DNA from: Gemmatimonadota bacterium
Lineage (GTDB): Bacteria; Gemmatimonadota; Gemmatimonadetes; Gemmatimonadales; GWC2-71-9
Direction: 5' to 3'
Assembly: GCA_029262155.1 (NCBI GenBank)
Contig: JAJCZW010000195.1
Location: 1 to 50,791 of the forward strand
Length of the DNA stretch: 50,791 nucleotides
The first letter of the stretch is position 1. The number at the start of each line of letters is the position of its first letter. The notes beneath the pieces were generated by a model. That model worked only from the letters and a program-made list of their open reading frames with translations, searched no databases and was not told where the DNA came from. Of this stretch, positions 17,223 through 25,911 are shown in pieces. A program made the translations under genes and the position numbers.

Positions 17223-19626
17223 GACCCGGGCGTCGGCCACACCTGAATGCACTCACTGCGGACAACCCGTCCCTGGAGCCACTCCCACAGAAGAGGTGTT
17301 CTGCTGCCAGGGGTGCCGCGTGGTGTGGGATATTCTCCACTCCCACGGCCTCGGGGGCTACTACCGGCACGCGGAGCGTGAGGGCCAGCCGGCCAACGGG
17401 TCCGGTCGACCATATGACGAGTTCGATCACGATACCTTCACTCAACTTTACGTCCGGAAAGCCGGGCTGCACTCCACGACCGATCTCTATCTCGAAGGCG
17501 TCCACTGCTCGGCGTGTATCTGGCTGGTCGAGCGACTCCCCCGTCTCCTCCCCGGCGTAATCCGAGCCGAGTTGGATTTGCCACGCGGGCGAGCGCAGAT
17601 CTGGTGGGATTCAACGACCGTCGCCCTCTCGGCCATCGCCAGAATGTTGGATACCCTGGGCTATCGTCCCCACCCCTTTCGGGGGGCCGATGCCGATGCT
17701 GTTCGACGACGAGAGGACCGATCGCAGATCGCTCGGATGGGCATTGCCGGAGCCCTCGCTGCCAATGTGATGTTGATCGCGGTGGCCATGTACGGAGGCT
17801 GGTTTTCGGGGATGGATCAGGCGACCGAGCGATTCTTCCGATGGATCAGTCTGGGGCTCACTACCGCCGCGGTAGGCGGACCAGGATTGGTCTTCCTTCG
17901 GGGAGGTTACGCGTCGCTACGTACCCGATCCCTCCATATGGACCTGCCGATCGCGATTGCCCTCACCGCGGGGTACGGACGAGGGTTCTGGAATACAGTA
18001 ATGGATACGGGGCCAGTATATTTTGACGGCGTTTCCGTCCTTGTGTTCCTGCTGCTGGTCGGGCGATACCTCCAACACAGAGCACAGCGGGCCGCACTCG
18101 ACCGCGCCGAACTCCTCTACTCGGTAGCTCCGTCGACGGCCCGTCTCCTCGACTCCATCACCGGCTCGGTCCAGGTTGTTCCCACTGAAGCACTTCTTCC
18201 CGGTATGGTGGTGCAGGTATGGGCGGGGGAGCGGATCCCGGTCGATGGCAGGGTCACGGCGGGCACCTCGGACCTCAACAACGCCATGCTCTCAGGTGAG
18301 TCGGCGCCCGTGGCGGTTGGCCCAGCCGACGTCGTCTGGGCGGGTGCGATCAATCTCTCGAGCACCCTGGCCATCGTGGCGAGTGCGTCGGGAGAAGAGA
18401 GTCGCCTGGGCAAGGTGCTTGGGATGGTCGCGGAGGGCGCCCGTCGGCGCACACCACTCGTGCAACTTGCCCAACGTACTGCGGGATGGTTCGTTGGTGT
18501 CGTGCTCCTGCTCGCCGTCATCACGCTCGGCGTCTGGTGGCCTCACGACCCCTCACTCGCTATCGATCATGCGATAGCACTCCTCATCGTCACCTGTCCT
18601 TGCGCCCTCGCCCTCGCCACGCCTCTCGCTGTGTCCTCGGCGATAGGCCAGGCCGCACGCGCAGGCATGTTGATTAAGGATGGTGCGGTCCTGGAAACAC
18701 TCGGCCTGCAACCGGGCACGATGTTCGTGGACAAGACTGGAACCCTCACGGAAGGGAACACCACACTGGTGGTCGACCGCATTCCGGTTGAGGTGCGCTC
18801 CAAGGTTCTGGCGGTGGAGCGCGATGCCCTCCATCCTGTCGCGCGCGGCTTTCGGCGTGCATGGGCCTCCACGCCATCGCCAACGGCCACATCCGTTCGA
18901 CAGGTGATTGGCCATGGCGTTGAAGGAACGGTGGATGGCGTCTCGGTCGTGGTGGGATCACCATCGTTTGTCGCCTCCCAACTCGGTGCGGCTCACCTCC
19001 CCCCCCCCTCGCTCCCTGTCCATCTCACACCGATCGTGGTTGGCGTGGGGGGACAGGTCGTTGGTTCCGCCGGGTTCGGCGATCGAATCCGCCCCGGAAC
19101 CCGAGGACATCTCGACACGCTCCGGCAGGCGGGCTGGCGCCTCTGCCTCCTCACCGGCGATGCGGCAGCGGTCGCCAATCGCATTGGCACCACCTTGGGG
19201 TTCCGGGCACAGGAGATCTTCGCCGAACAGACGCCCGAGGATAAGGTGGCGCGTGTGGCTGACACGTACCCCAGGCCTGTTGTGATGGTGGGCGATGGGG
19301 TGAACGATGCGGCGGCGATGGCAGCTGCCACCGCTGGGATCGCCGTCCACGGGAGCGCCGAAACAAGCCTGCTTACGGCCGATGTGCACCTGTCCGAAGC
19401 CGACCCGGGACTGGCTGGCGTATACGATCTCTACCGTGGCGCGACGAGCACCATTCGGATCGTTCGAACGAACATCTTGTTCTCCCTGGCCTACAACATC
19501 GCCGGCACGACGTTGGCCGTGATGGGCCTCTTGTCCCCTTTCCTTGCGGCGATACTGATGCCGGCCAGTTCCCTCACCGTGATCGTCTATTCGTGGCGGG
19601 CGCGATCGTTTCGGACGGATCGATGA
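17209..19626 (+). CDS. ccoI: Cu-translocating P1B ATPase CcoI/FixI
   Basis: N-terminal CTHC...CCQGC, HMA motif GVHCSAC, TCPCAL, DKTGT, GDGVND, AYN, MPASS. Confidence 0.92.
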   Translation: MPATRTRASATPECTHCGQPVPGATPTEEVFCCQGCRVVWDILHSHGLGGYYRHAEREGQPANGSGRPYDEFDHDTFTQLYVRKAGLHSTTDLYLEGVHCSACIWLVERLPRLLPGVIRAELDLPRGRAQIWWDSTTVALSAIARMLDTLGYRPHPFRGADADAVRRREDRSQIARMGIAGALAANVMLIAVAMYGGWFSGMDQATERFFRWISLGLTTAAVGGPGLVFLRGGYASLRTRSLHMDLPIAIALTAGYGRGFWNTVMDTGPVYFDGVSVLVFLLLVGRYLQHRAQRAALDRAELLYSVAPSTARLLDSITGSVQVVPTEALLPGMVVQVWAGERIPVDGRVTAGTSDLNNAMLSGESAPVAVGPADVVWAGAINLSSTLAIVASASGEESRLGKVLGMVAEGARRRTPLVQLAQRTAGWFVGVVLLLAVITLGVWWPHDPSLAIDHAIALLIVTCPCALALATPLAVSSAIGQAARAGMLIKDGAVLETLGLQPGTMFVDKTGTLTEGNTTLVVDRIPVEVRSKVLAVERDALHPVARGFRRAWASTPSPTATSVRQVIGHGVEGTVDGVSVVVGSPSFVASQLGAAHLPPPSLPVHLTPIVVGVGGQVVGSAGFGDRIRPGTRGHLDTLRQAGWRLCLLTGDAAAVANRIGTTLGFRAQEIFAEQTPEDKVARVADTYPRPVVMVGDGVNDAAAMAAATAGIAVHGSAETSLLTADVHLSEADPGLAGVYDLYRGATSTIRIVRTNILFSLAYNIAGTTLAVMGLLSPFLAAILMPASSLTVIVYSWRARSFRTDR

Positions 19627-19778
19627 GCGTGCTGTATCTCGTTCTCCCGCTGGTACTCATCATGGTTGGCGCAGCGATCGCCGGATTTGTGTGGGCTGCC
19701 AGGACCGGTGCGTTCGACGATCTCACCTCCCCGGCGCTTCGTGCGCTCCATGAAGACGACACCGAGCCTCCGCCATGA
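19623..19778 (+). CDS. ccoS: cbb3 oxidase assembly protein CcoS
   Basis: MSVLYLVLPL...FVWAARTGAFDDLTSPALRALHEDD. Confidence 0.93.
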   Translation: MSVLYLVLPLVLIMVGAAIAGFVWAARTGAFDDLTSPALRALHEDDTEPPP

Positions 19779-21310
19779 ACTGGGATGTGATCGTGGTTGG
19801 CGCCGGTTCGGGTGGGTGTGCTGCGGCCGCTCGGCTTGGGGAGCAGGGCCACCGGGTTCTCCTCCTCGAAGCCGGCGGCCGGGGTCGACGCCTTGAGGTT
19901 CAGATCCCGGCAGCGTTCTCCAAGTTGTTCAAGTCCGACCTTGACTGGGGATACGAGACACTCCCCCAAACACATCTGCATAACCGGCGATCCTATTGGC
20001 CCCGGGGAAAGGTCCTGGGCGGATCCAGTGCGATCAACGCGATGATCTACACCACCGGGCATCCTGCAGATTATGATCGGTGGCGCGACCTGGGGAACAT
20101 CGGATGGGGGTGGGACGACGTCGCACCGTGGTTCGATCGGCTGGCCCTGATCGTCGAGACGCAGCGGTCCCCTAACCTATTATCCCACGCCTTCCTCCAG
20201 GCGATTGCCTCCGAGGGCTTCCCCCAGGAACGAGTGTTTCTTGGCGCTCGAGGACAGACCAGCGGTTTCTTTCAGACCACGACGCGGAACGGTCGCCGAT
20301 GGAGTGCCGCCAACGCGTATCTTGGCGCGAACGCACCATCATCGGTCACCCTTTGGCTCAACACGAAGGTGTCCCGTGTAGTCGTCGAAGAGGGCCGAGC
20401 GGTTGGAGTGGAGGCGGTACGGGATGGGCAGCACGTTCAGCTCCGCGCTCGGGTGGCGGTTGTCCTCGCCGGCGGTGCGCTCAACTCCCCCCACCTCCTT
20501 CTGGCCTCAGGGATCGGGCCGGCATCTGATCTGATTGCTGCGGGCATCCCCGTTGTAGTCGACCTCCCGGGCGTTGGACATAACCTGCAGGATCACCTGA
20601 CCGCGGGGCTCACCCATCGGTGCACTCAACCGATCACCCTGGATCGGGCGGACACGGTTGGAAACCTGATGCGCTGGCTCTTCACCCGGCGCGGCCCCCT
20701 TCGGTCACCGGTTGCGGAAGCCGGCGCCTTTTGGACCGATGACGCCCGTCCAGGCGGGCAGTCAGACATCGAATTCATCTTTGGTCCCGTTTGGTTTTCC
20801 AACCACGGCTTCCATCGACCAAGCGGAGACTACTACACGATTGGGGCGGTCCTTCTGCATCCCGCGAGCCGAGGAACGGTCCGTCTCGCCGCAGGACAGG
20901 GAGCGGCCAGCCGCATCGTGATCGATCCGGAATACCTCACCGCATCTGCTGACCACGAACGTTTGCTCGAAGCTTTCCGTCGGTTGCGGCGCATCGCGGC
21001 CCATGAAGCCTTCGCGCCCTATCGTGGCAGTGAGGTTCTTCCAGGGCTGGGGACCGAATCGGATGGCGATATCTTGACTCACCTCCGTGCTACCGCAGAG
21101 ACCCTCTACCACCCTGTTGGAACCTGTAAGATGGGAACGGACCGGGACCCACTCGCGGTGGTCGACGCGCGATTGCGGGTTCGAGGGCTCGATGGACTCC
21201 GGATCGCCGATGCGTCGGTCATGCCAGAGATCATCAGTGGGCATACCCACGCACCGACTGTGATGATCGGGGAACGATTGGCGAGGATGGTGGGGGAAGA
21301 CCAGCGATAG
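19775..21310 (+). CDS. GMC family FAD oxidoreductase (choline dehydrogenase-like)
   Basis: GAGSGG, PRGKVLGGSSAINAMIY, GVGHNLQDH, YHPVGTCKMG, LRIADASVMP. Confidence 0.93.
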   Translation: MNWDVIVVGAGSGGCAAAARLGEQGHRVLLLEAGGRGRRLEVQIPAAFSKLFKSDLDWGYETLPQTHLHNRRSYWPRGKVLGGSSAINAMIYTTGHPADYDRWRDLGNIGWGWDDVAPWFDRLALIVETQRSPNLLSHAFLQAIASEGFPQERVFLGARGQTSGFFQTTTRNGRRWSAANAYLGANAPSSVTLWLNTKVSRVVVEEGRAVGVEAVRDGQHVQLRARVAVVLAGGALNSPHLLLASGIGPASDLIAAGIPVVVDLPGVGHNLQDHLTAGLTHRCTQPITLDRADTVGNLMRWLFTRRGPLRSPVAEAGAFWTDDARPGGQSDIEFIFGPVWFSNHGFHRPSGDYYTIGAVLLHPASRGTVRLAAGQGAASRIVIDPEYLTASADHERLLEAFRRLRRIAAHEAFAPYRGSEVLPGLGTESDGDILTHLRATAETLYHPVGTCKMGTDRDPLAVVDARLRVRGLDGLRIADASVMPEIISGHTHAPTVMIGERLARMVGEDQR

Positions 21311-21321
21311 CGAAGCACCGT

Positions 21322-22413
21322 CTACACCGCGCCAGCATCCTCCCGTGCAAGACGATAGTTCTGCAGCGCCTCCTCGACCGCGTCCACCAGCTCGGAGTTG
21401 TCGCCATATCGGACCAGGTCATTCACCGGTAGTCCCGTCGCGTCACGCGCCTGTTCACAGGCGGCACGAGCTTCCTCGTCTTCGCAATCGACCGTATTCA
21501 ACGCAATACCAATCACACGCGTCGGATGGACCATGCCGGCCACGAGTTCATAGGCTTCGATATACGCCGACAATGGCGGGATTGCTGTCCACTCCGCCTC
21601 CCGGTACTCCCCGATGAAGGAGCGCCCCGCCTGATGACAGAGGACGAGCGCATCGGGACAGGCACCGTGTACCAGTCCGAGGGTGACGCCAGAATATCCT
21701 GGATGATTCAGGCTCCCCTGCCCCTCGACGAGGATGACGTCCGGCTGATCGCTCGCCGCCTTGAGTACGAGTTCCTCGGTGGCCCCAGCGATAAAATCGG
21801 CAGCCACCGCATCGACACCGGTCCCCCACCCTTCAATGAGGATACCGGTCTGCCCAGTCGGTACGAACCGAGTACGGATCCCACGCTGGTTCAATGCATG
21901 GGTCAGCTGCAGCTGCGCGGTCATCTTACCGACGTTACAATCGGTACCTACCGTCAGGATCACAAAGGGAGCAACATGCCGTGCCCTCCCGGAAGCGACC
22001 GGGAGAGATGGGGGCGGCCGTCGAAGGTCGTGAATGGTACAGCCTCGCTCTTTTGCCCGCGCCGCCAATTGGGGGTCGTCGCTGAGGAAGGTGTGCAACC
22101 CGCTCCACACATCACAGCCGGCATCAAGGGCGTCGAGAAGCCCCGCCTTCCAATCCTCAGGGAGTCGACCCCCGATCGGTGCGATCCCAATCATCACCGC
22201 ATCGGGACCGAGTGCCAGCCCCTCCGCCATCGTCCCCACGATCGGAATGGAACCGCCGAAGCCGAGAATCGACTCAACGGTGCGTCCCGCGAGGCGCCTA
22301 TCGATCACACCAACGACCCGTTCCGGGTGATATCGAATGAAGGCGTTCGCCGTCTTCGACGTCATGGGAGAAAAGTCCCCATCGGCCAGTATGAGATACC
22401 GCAGAGGCATCAT
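21322..22413 (-). CDS. DUF1611 family protein (DgcN-like, P-loop)
   Basis: KTA, SGLHTFL, TVGTDCNVGKMT, TGQTGILI, LVEGQGSLNHP, GACPDALVLCH. Confidence 0.9.
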   Translation of the reverse strand: MMPLRYLILADGDFSPMTSKTANAFIRYHPERVVGVIDRRLAGRTVESILGFGGSIPIVGTMAEGLALGPDAVMIGIAPIGGRLPEDWKAGLLDALDAGCDVWSGLHTFLSDDPQLAARAKERGCTIHDLRRPPPSLPVASGRARHVAPFVILTVGTDCNVGKMTAQLQLTHALNQRGIRTRFVPTGQTGILIEGWGTGVDAVAADFIAGATEELVLKAASDQPDVILVEGQGSLNHPGYSGVTLGLVHGACPDALVLCHQAGRSFIGEYREAEWTAIPPLSAYIEAYELVAGMVHPTRVIGIALNTVDCEDEEARAACEQARDATGLPVNDLVRYGDNSELVDAVEEALQNYRLAREDAGAV

Positions 22414-22440
22414 GGGCGTTTCGTGTCAGGCTGTGTCAAT

Positions 22441-22472
22441 GAGAAACCGGACCCCTCCAGGGAGGAGCCCGG
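22441..22472 (-). terminator. Probable intrinsic terminator after pspA
   Basis: Minus strand CCGGGCTCCTC-CCTG-GAGGGGTCCGG followed by TTTCTC. Confidence 0.6.
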
Positions 22473-22493
22473 CTAACGACCGTATCCTAGAAA

Positions 22494-23276
22494 CTATGCG
22501 TCGTCCGTGGGGCCATCCCCAACCTCTTCACCCACGACATCTGCATCCACCACATCGTCCTCACCCGTTCCCAACTGTTTCGCGGCCTCGTCACCGCCCG
22601 CTTCAAGCATCCCCATCTTGACCTTCAGGTCGAGGAGCTGTTGGTCGGCGGTGCCTTTGTATTCGAGTGCTTGGAACTGATCAACCAACGAGTCCCCTTG
22701 AAACTCCTCCTGGAGTTCCGCGGCCGCGAGCGCCTTGCGCTCGACGTCCTCGATTCGCTCGGCCATCCGCTCGAAGGTTTCAAACGCACTCTTGTCAGAC
22801 ATCCCAGCCATCGTCTCATGAATGCGCTGCTGCGCCTCGGCTCTCTTGGCCCGGGCAACCAGGATATTTTTCTTGCGCTTGGCCTCTTCGATCTTGTCGT
22901 GCAGGCCTCGAAGCGACCCCTTCAGTTTCTCGGTCTCGGCTTTATGCCGGACCCAAGTCTCGTGAAGTTGTTGAGCCCCCTGGAGGCTCTCGTTATATCG
23001 CATGAGCGCTTGGGTCGCGAGGTCGTCTCGCCCCTCTTGAACTGCAAGCATGGCGCGTCGCTCCCAATCTTCGGCCGATTTCTTCATCGCTTCGGCGTCG
23101 GCCTGGAGCTTCTTCTCGTCGGCGATCGCTGATGCCGCCTGTTGCTTCGCCTTCGCGAGCTGCGATTTCATATCGAGAATCAGTGTGTTGAGCATCTTCT
23201 CCGGATTCTCGGCCCGCGAGATCAGGTCGTTGATATTGGACCTAAACATCGTGGTAAAACGTTCCCAGATTCCCAT
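22494..23276 (-). CDS. pspA: PspA/IM30 family protein
   Basis: MGIWERF...NINDLISRAENPEKML, WERRAMLAVQEGRDDLA, long coiled coil, FERMAERIE. Confidence 0.95.
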   Translation of the reverse strand: MGIWERFTTMFRSNINDLISRAENPEKMLNTLILDMKSQLAKAKQQAASAIADEKKLQADAEAMKKSAEDWERRAMLAVQEGRDDLATQALMRYNESLQGAQQLHETWVRHKAETEKLKGSLRGLHDKIEEAKRKKNILVARAKRAEAQQRIHETMAGMSDKSAFETFERMAERIEDVERKALAAAELQEEFQGDSLVDQFQALEYKGTADQQLLDLKVKMGMLEAGGDEAAKQLGTGEDDVVDADVVGEEVGDGPTDDA

Positions 23277-23282
23277 CGCAGC

Positions 23283-23678
23283 TTACCTTTCGCGGTATGA
23301 CGCCAAGGCGCCCAGGTGAGAAGCGAGCGCCAAGGTGATCGAATCGAAACTGGCCTGGAACTCGGTGAAGTCCAGGTCGGCCAGTTCGTGTGCATCGGTC
23401 AGGACGATGTACTCGCCCTCCAACCCGTACGATCCATGGACCAGATCACTGGCGTTGAGTTCAAGAAGGTGGCGATACAGCTCTCCCCGACGCCCTTCAT
23501 CGCTTGGCGACTCCATCACGCGCACTCGCAACAGCACCACAGGCGGAGCGTAATGAACGACCACCTCGGCTCCGTCCGGCGTCTTGAGGACCCACAAACC
23601 CTCTTCCAATTCCTCCGTGCCAAGGTCGCCACCATCTAGGCGGTCCAGATAGGACTGGATGTCTTCCTGCGTGACCAT
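23283..23678 (-). CDS. CesT/YbjN-type (T3SS class I chaperone fold) protein
   Basis: Acidic 131-aa protein with LYRHLLELNASDLVHGSYGL and a C-terminal amphipathic helix. Confidence 0.75.
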   Translation of the reverse strand: MVTQEDIQSYLDRLDGGDLGTEELEEGLWVLKTPDGAEVVVHYAPPVVLLRVRVMESPSDEGRRGELYRHLLELNASDLVHGSYGLEGEYIVLTDAHELADLDFTEFQASFDSITLALASHLGALASYRER

Positions 23679-23758
23679 CGGCGCTCCTTCCGGCCGGTCG
23701 AGCGGCCCACAAACCAAACGGTGAAATGTACACCCCCCACCAGAGTCGGCACTACGGC

Positions 23759-24133
23759 CTACTCGCCCGCCCCCTCCCGCACTCCAGGTAACCGATCGAG
23801 ATCGCCGCGTTGGGCGAGGAGCCGCTCTGCGAAATCCACTCGATCCTCCAGTTCGGCGAGCCGTCCCTGGGACTGATCGAGATCGAAGAGACGCTCCTCG
23901 ATCTCATCCAAGCGCGCCATCTGTACCTCACCGGTGGTGATCTCGGGAGGGGCCCGGCGTAGAGCCAATCGGCGGCGGATTCCGAAAACAACTCCTGAAA
24001 TGCCGATGACCCCCGGGATAGCCCAGCCGGCGTCACTTCCGCCGACAACCTCACCCATCGCCACGGCAAGTGCGATGGTCACAACCACGTGAATGGCAAC
24101 ATCCCAGACGTCGAGCCCCAGCCGGCGGCTCAC
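23759..24133 (-). CDS. PspB-like membrane/coiled-coil protein, copy 7 (two TM segments)
   Basis: C-terminal RLAELEDRVDFAERLLA. Confidence 0.85.
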   Translation of the reverse strand: MSRRLGLDVWDVAIHVVVTIALAVAMGEVVGGSDAGWAIPGVIGISGVVFGIRRRLALRRAPPEITTGEVQMARLDEIEERLFDLDQSQGRLAELEDRVDFAERLLAQRGDLDRLPGVREGAGE

Positions 24134-24411
24134 GGATGCCTCCCGGACACCTCATCCTCTGGGGCTCCCACACTTGAGAGCAATCGCTCGGCAAAATCCA
24201 CGCGATCCTCCAGCTCCTGGAGTCGCTTCGCCACGTCTGGAAGCTCCTGAAGCTGGTCGGCGAGGTCTCCTGGGATGCTCTCTCCCATGCGGCCCTGGAT
24301 ACGTCGACCGATCGCCCGACCAATCGGCCCGAGGAAAAGAGCGGTCAACATGCCCGACCCGGCAAGAGTGGCCAGACCAATGGCAATCCACATCGTGCTC
24401 TCTGGGTTCAT
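24130..24411 (-). CDS. PspB-like membrane/coiled-coil protein, copy 6
   Basis: TM, GPIGRAIGRRIQG, LQELEDRVDFAERLLS. Confidence 0.85.
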   Translation of the reverse strand: MNPESTMWIAIGLATLAGSGMLTALFLGPIGRAIGRRIQGRMGESIPGDLADQLQELPDVAKRLQELEDRVDFAERLLSSVGAPEDEVSGRHP

Positions 24412-24740
24412 CTCTCACCCACATCGGTCTTGCCTTCGTGGAGTACCCGTTGGCTTTGTTGTGCCAGGAGTCGGTCGGAAAAATCGACCCGTTCCTCCAA
24501 TTCTGCCACGCGATTGTGGAGTTCATCGACCTCCTGAAGTCGATCCCGCACCTGATCCAGCTCGGCGGTGACCGCTTCGAATCCCGCGCGACCCTCGATC
24601 CGCCGCGCCCACGACCGGACCAAGGGGCGTAACAGAAAGAACCCCGCAGTGATCACCGCGATGCTGATCACCGCGATGACCTCTTCGGGAGGACCGCTTG
24701 GGGGAAAGGGTGGGAACGGTCCTTGGAATGTGAGGATCAT
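24408..24740 (-). CDS. PspB-like membrane/coiled-coil protein, copy 5
   Basis: TM, PLVRSWARRIEG, VAELEERVDFSDRLLA. Confidence 0.85.
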   Translation of the reverse strand: MILTFQGPFPPFPPSGPPEEVIAVISIAVITAGFFLLRPLVRSWARRIEGRAGFEAVTAELDQVRDRLQEVDELHNRVAELEERVDFSDRLLAQQSQRVLHEGKTDVGER

Positions 24741-24997
24741 TGTCCCCTATCCCCGTCCGGCAGGCCGGGCACCGTCCCCCGGTCAGCCAAAAGGCGCTCG
24801 GCAAAGTCCACTCGTTCGTGGAGTTCGGATACCTCTTCCCGCAATTGATGCAGCTCCTCTAAGACCTCGGGATCTTGGAGTGCGGACGGATGTCCTCGCA
24901 CCCGCTCCGCGAATGCTTTGCCGACCGGGCTCATGGAAAGGAGAAACAACGTCCCGCCGCCAAAGATGAAGATGATCGCTAGGACACCTTCCATCAC
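24737..24997 (-). CDS. PspB-like membrane/coiled-coil protein, copy 4
   Basis: TM, SPVGKAFAERVRG, VSELHERVDFAERLLA. Confidence 0.85.
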   Translation of the reverse strand: MMEGVLAIIFIFGGGTLFLLSMSPVGKAFAERVRGHPSALQDPEVLEELHQLREEVSELHERVDFAERLLADRGTVPGLPDGDRGQ

Positions 24998-25014
24998 GTT
25001 CTTATCCTCTCCGT

Positions 25015-25272
25015 CTAAGGGGTAGCAGGATCTGCCGGGTTTGGCAGTGCGGAAGCCTCTGTAAGTAACCGTTCAGTAAAATCGAGGCGCTCCTGAACCT
25101 CGACCATTTCGTTTCGGAGCCGCTCCAGTTCGTCAAGCACTTCGGGATCGGGCTCCGGTTGAGCACTCCGGCCTCGAATACGATCGCTAATCGCTCGACC
25201 GATCGGACTAAACGAGATCGCGCAAACCGTCCCTCCGCCGAAGATGAGAATAATGGCGAGGATATCCTCCAC
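25015..25272 (-). CDS. PspB-like membrane/coiled-coil protein, copy 3
   Basis: TM, SPIGRAISDRIRG, MVEVQERLDFTERLLT. Confidence 0.85.
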   Translation of the reverse strand: MEDILAIILIFGGGTVCAISFSPIGRAISDRIRGRSAQPEPDPEVLDELERLRNEMVEVQERLDFTERLLTEASALPNPADPATP

Positions 25273-25274
25273 TC

Positions 25275-25559
25275 CTAGCCCCCCGCCTTGGGAGAGGTGC
25301 CCGAACCTGCCGCTAATAACCGCTCGGCAAAATCGAGGCGCTCTTCACTCTCGAGCAATCGCTGTTCCATCTGATCGACTCGATCGGTCATCTCCTGCAG
25401 GGACAACACCAGCTCGGCATCATCGCTCGACGCGCCATGAATCCTTCGACCGATCGCCTGCCCCACCGGACCTTGGAATACTCGCATAACCGCAAACCCA
25501 ACCATGCCGGTGATGAGAATCCCGGTTACCATCCCCGCAAACGGTATGAGATCGCCCAT
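25275..25559 (-). CDS. PspB-like membrane/coiled-coil protein, copy 2
   Basis: TM, GPVGQAIGRRIHG, LLESEERLDFAERLLA. Confidence 0.85.
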   Translation of the reverse strand: MGDLIPFAGMVTGILITGMVGFAVMRVFQGPVGQAIGRRIHGASSDDAELVLSLQEMTDRVDQMEQRLLESEERLDFAERLLAAGSGTSPKAGG

Positions 25560-25571
25560 GCGTGTTTGACC

Positions 25572-25847
25572 TTAAATTGGCGTGTTCGCGCCCGCGGGAG
25601 GTGTACCGACATTCCCCAGCAAGCGCTCAGTGAAATCGATGCGTTCATGAGCTTCGCCCAACTCTTGCCGGAGCCGATCAAGCTCATCTTCAATCGCTTC
25701 GAGCCTGGCAGCCGGTCCCCCGGCATCCCGGTCGCCACCGATGCGCCGGGCCATCGCCTTTCCAATCGCGGTCCGCGAGAGCAAGATGAGGCCACCAAAA
25801 AACACCGACAAAACCGGAATGAAAAGGACGAGCGTGTGCCTATCCAT
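25572..25847 (-). CDS. PspB-like membrane/coiled-coil protein, copy 1
   Basis: TM, TAIGKAMARRIGG, LGEAHERIDFTERLLG; start at MDRHT. Confidence 0.85.
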   Translation of the reverse strand: MDRHTLVLFIPVLSVFFGGLILLSRTAIGKAMARRIGGDRDAGGPAARLEAIEDELDRLRQELGEAHERIDFTERLLGNVGTPPAGANTPI

Positions 25848-25911
25848 GGTGACCCCTGACGGTTGGGTGACGATACGGAGGGTGTCACCCGAATGTTTCA
25901 AGTCGGAACAA

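Noticed and set aside
23283-23678. Type III secretion system suggested by the CesT-like chaperone
   Set aside because: No injectisome or effector genes; the context is pspA
23759-25847. Paralog array as an assembly duplication or DNA repeat
   Set aside because: The copies are highly diverged outside short motifs and each is an intact ORF
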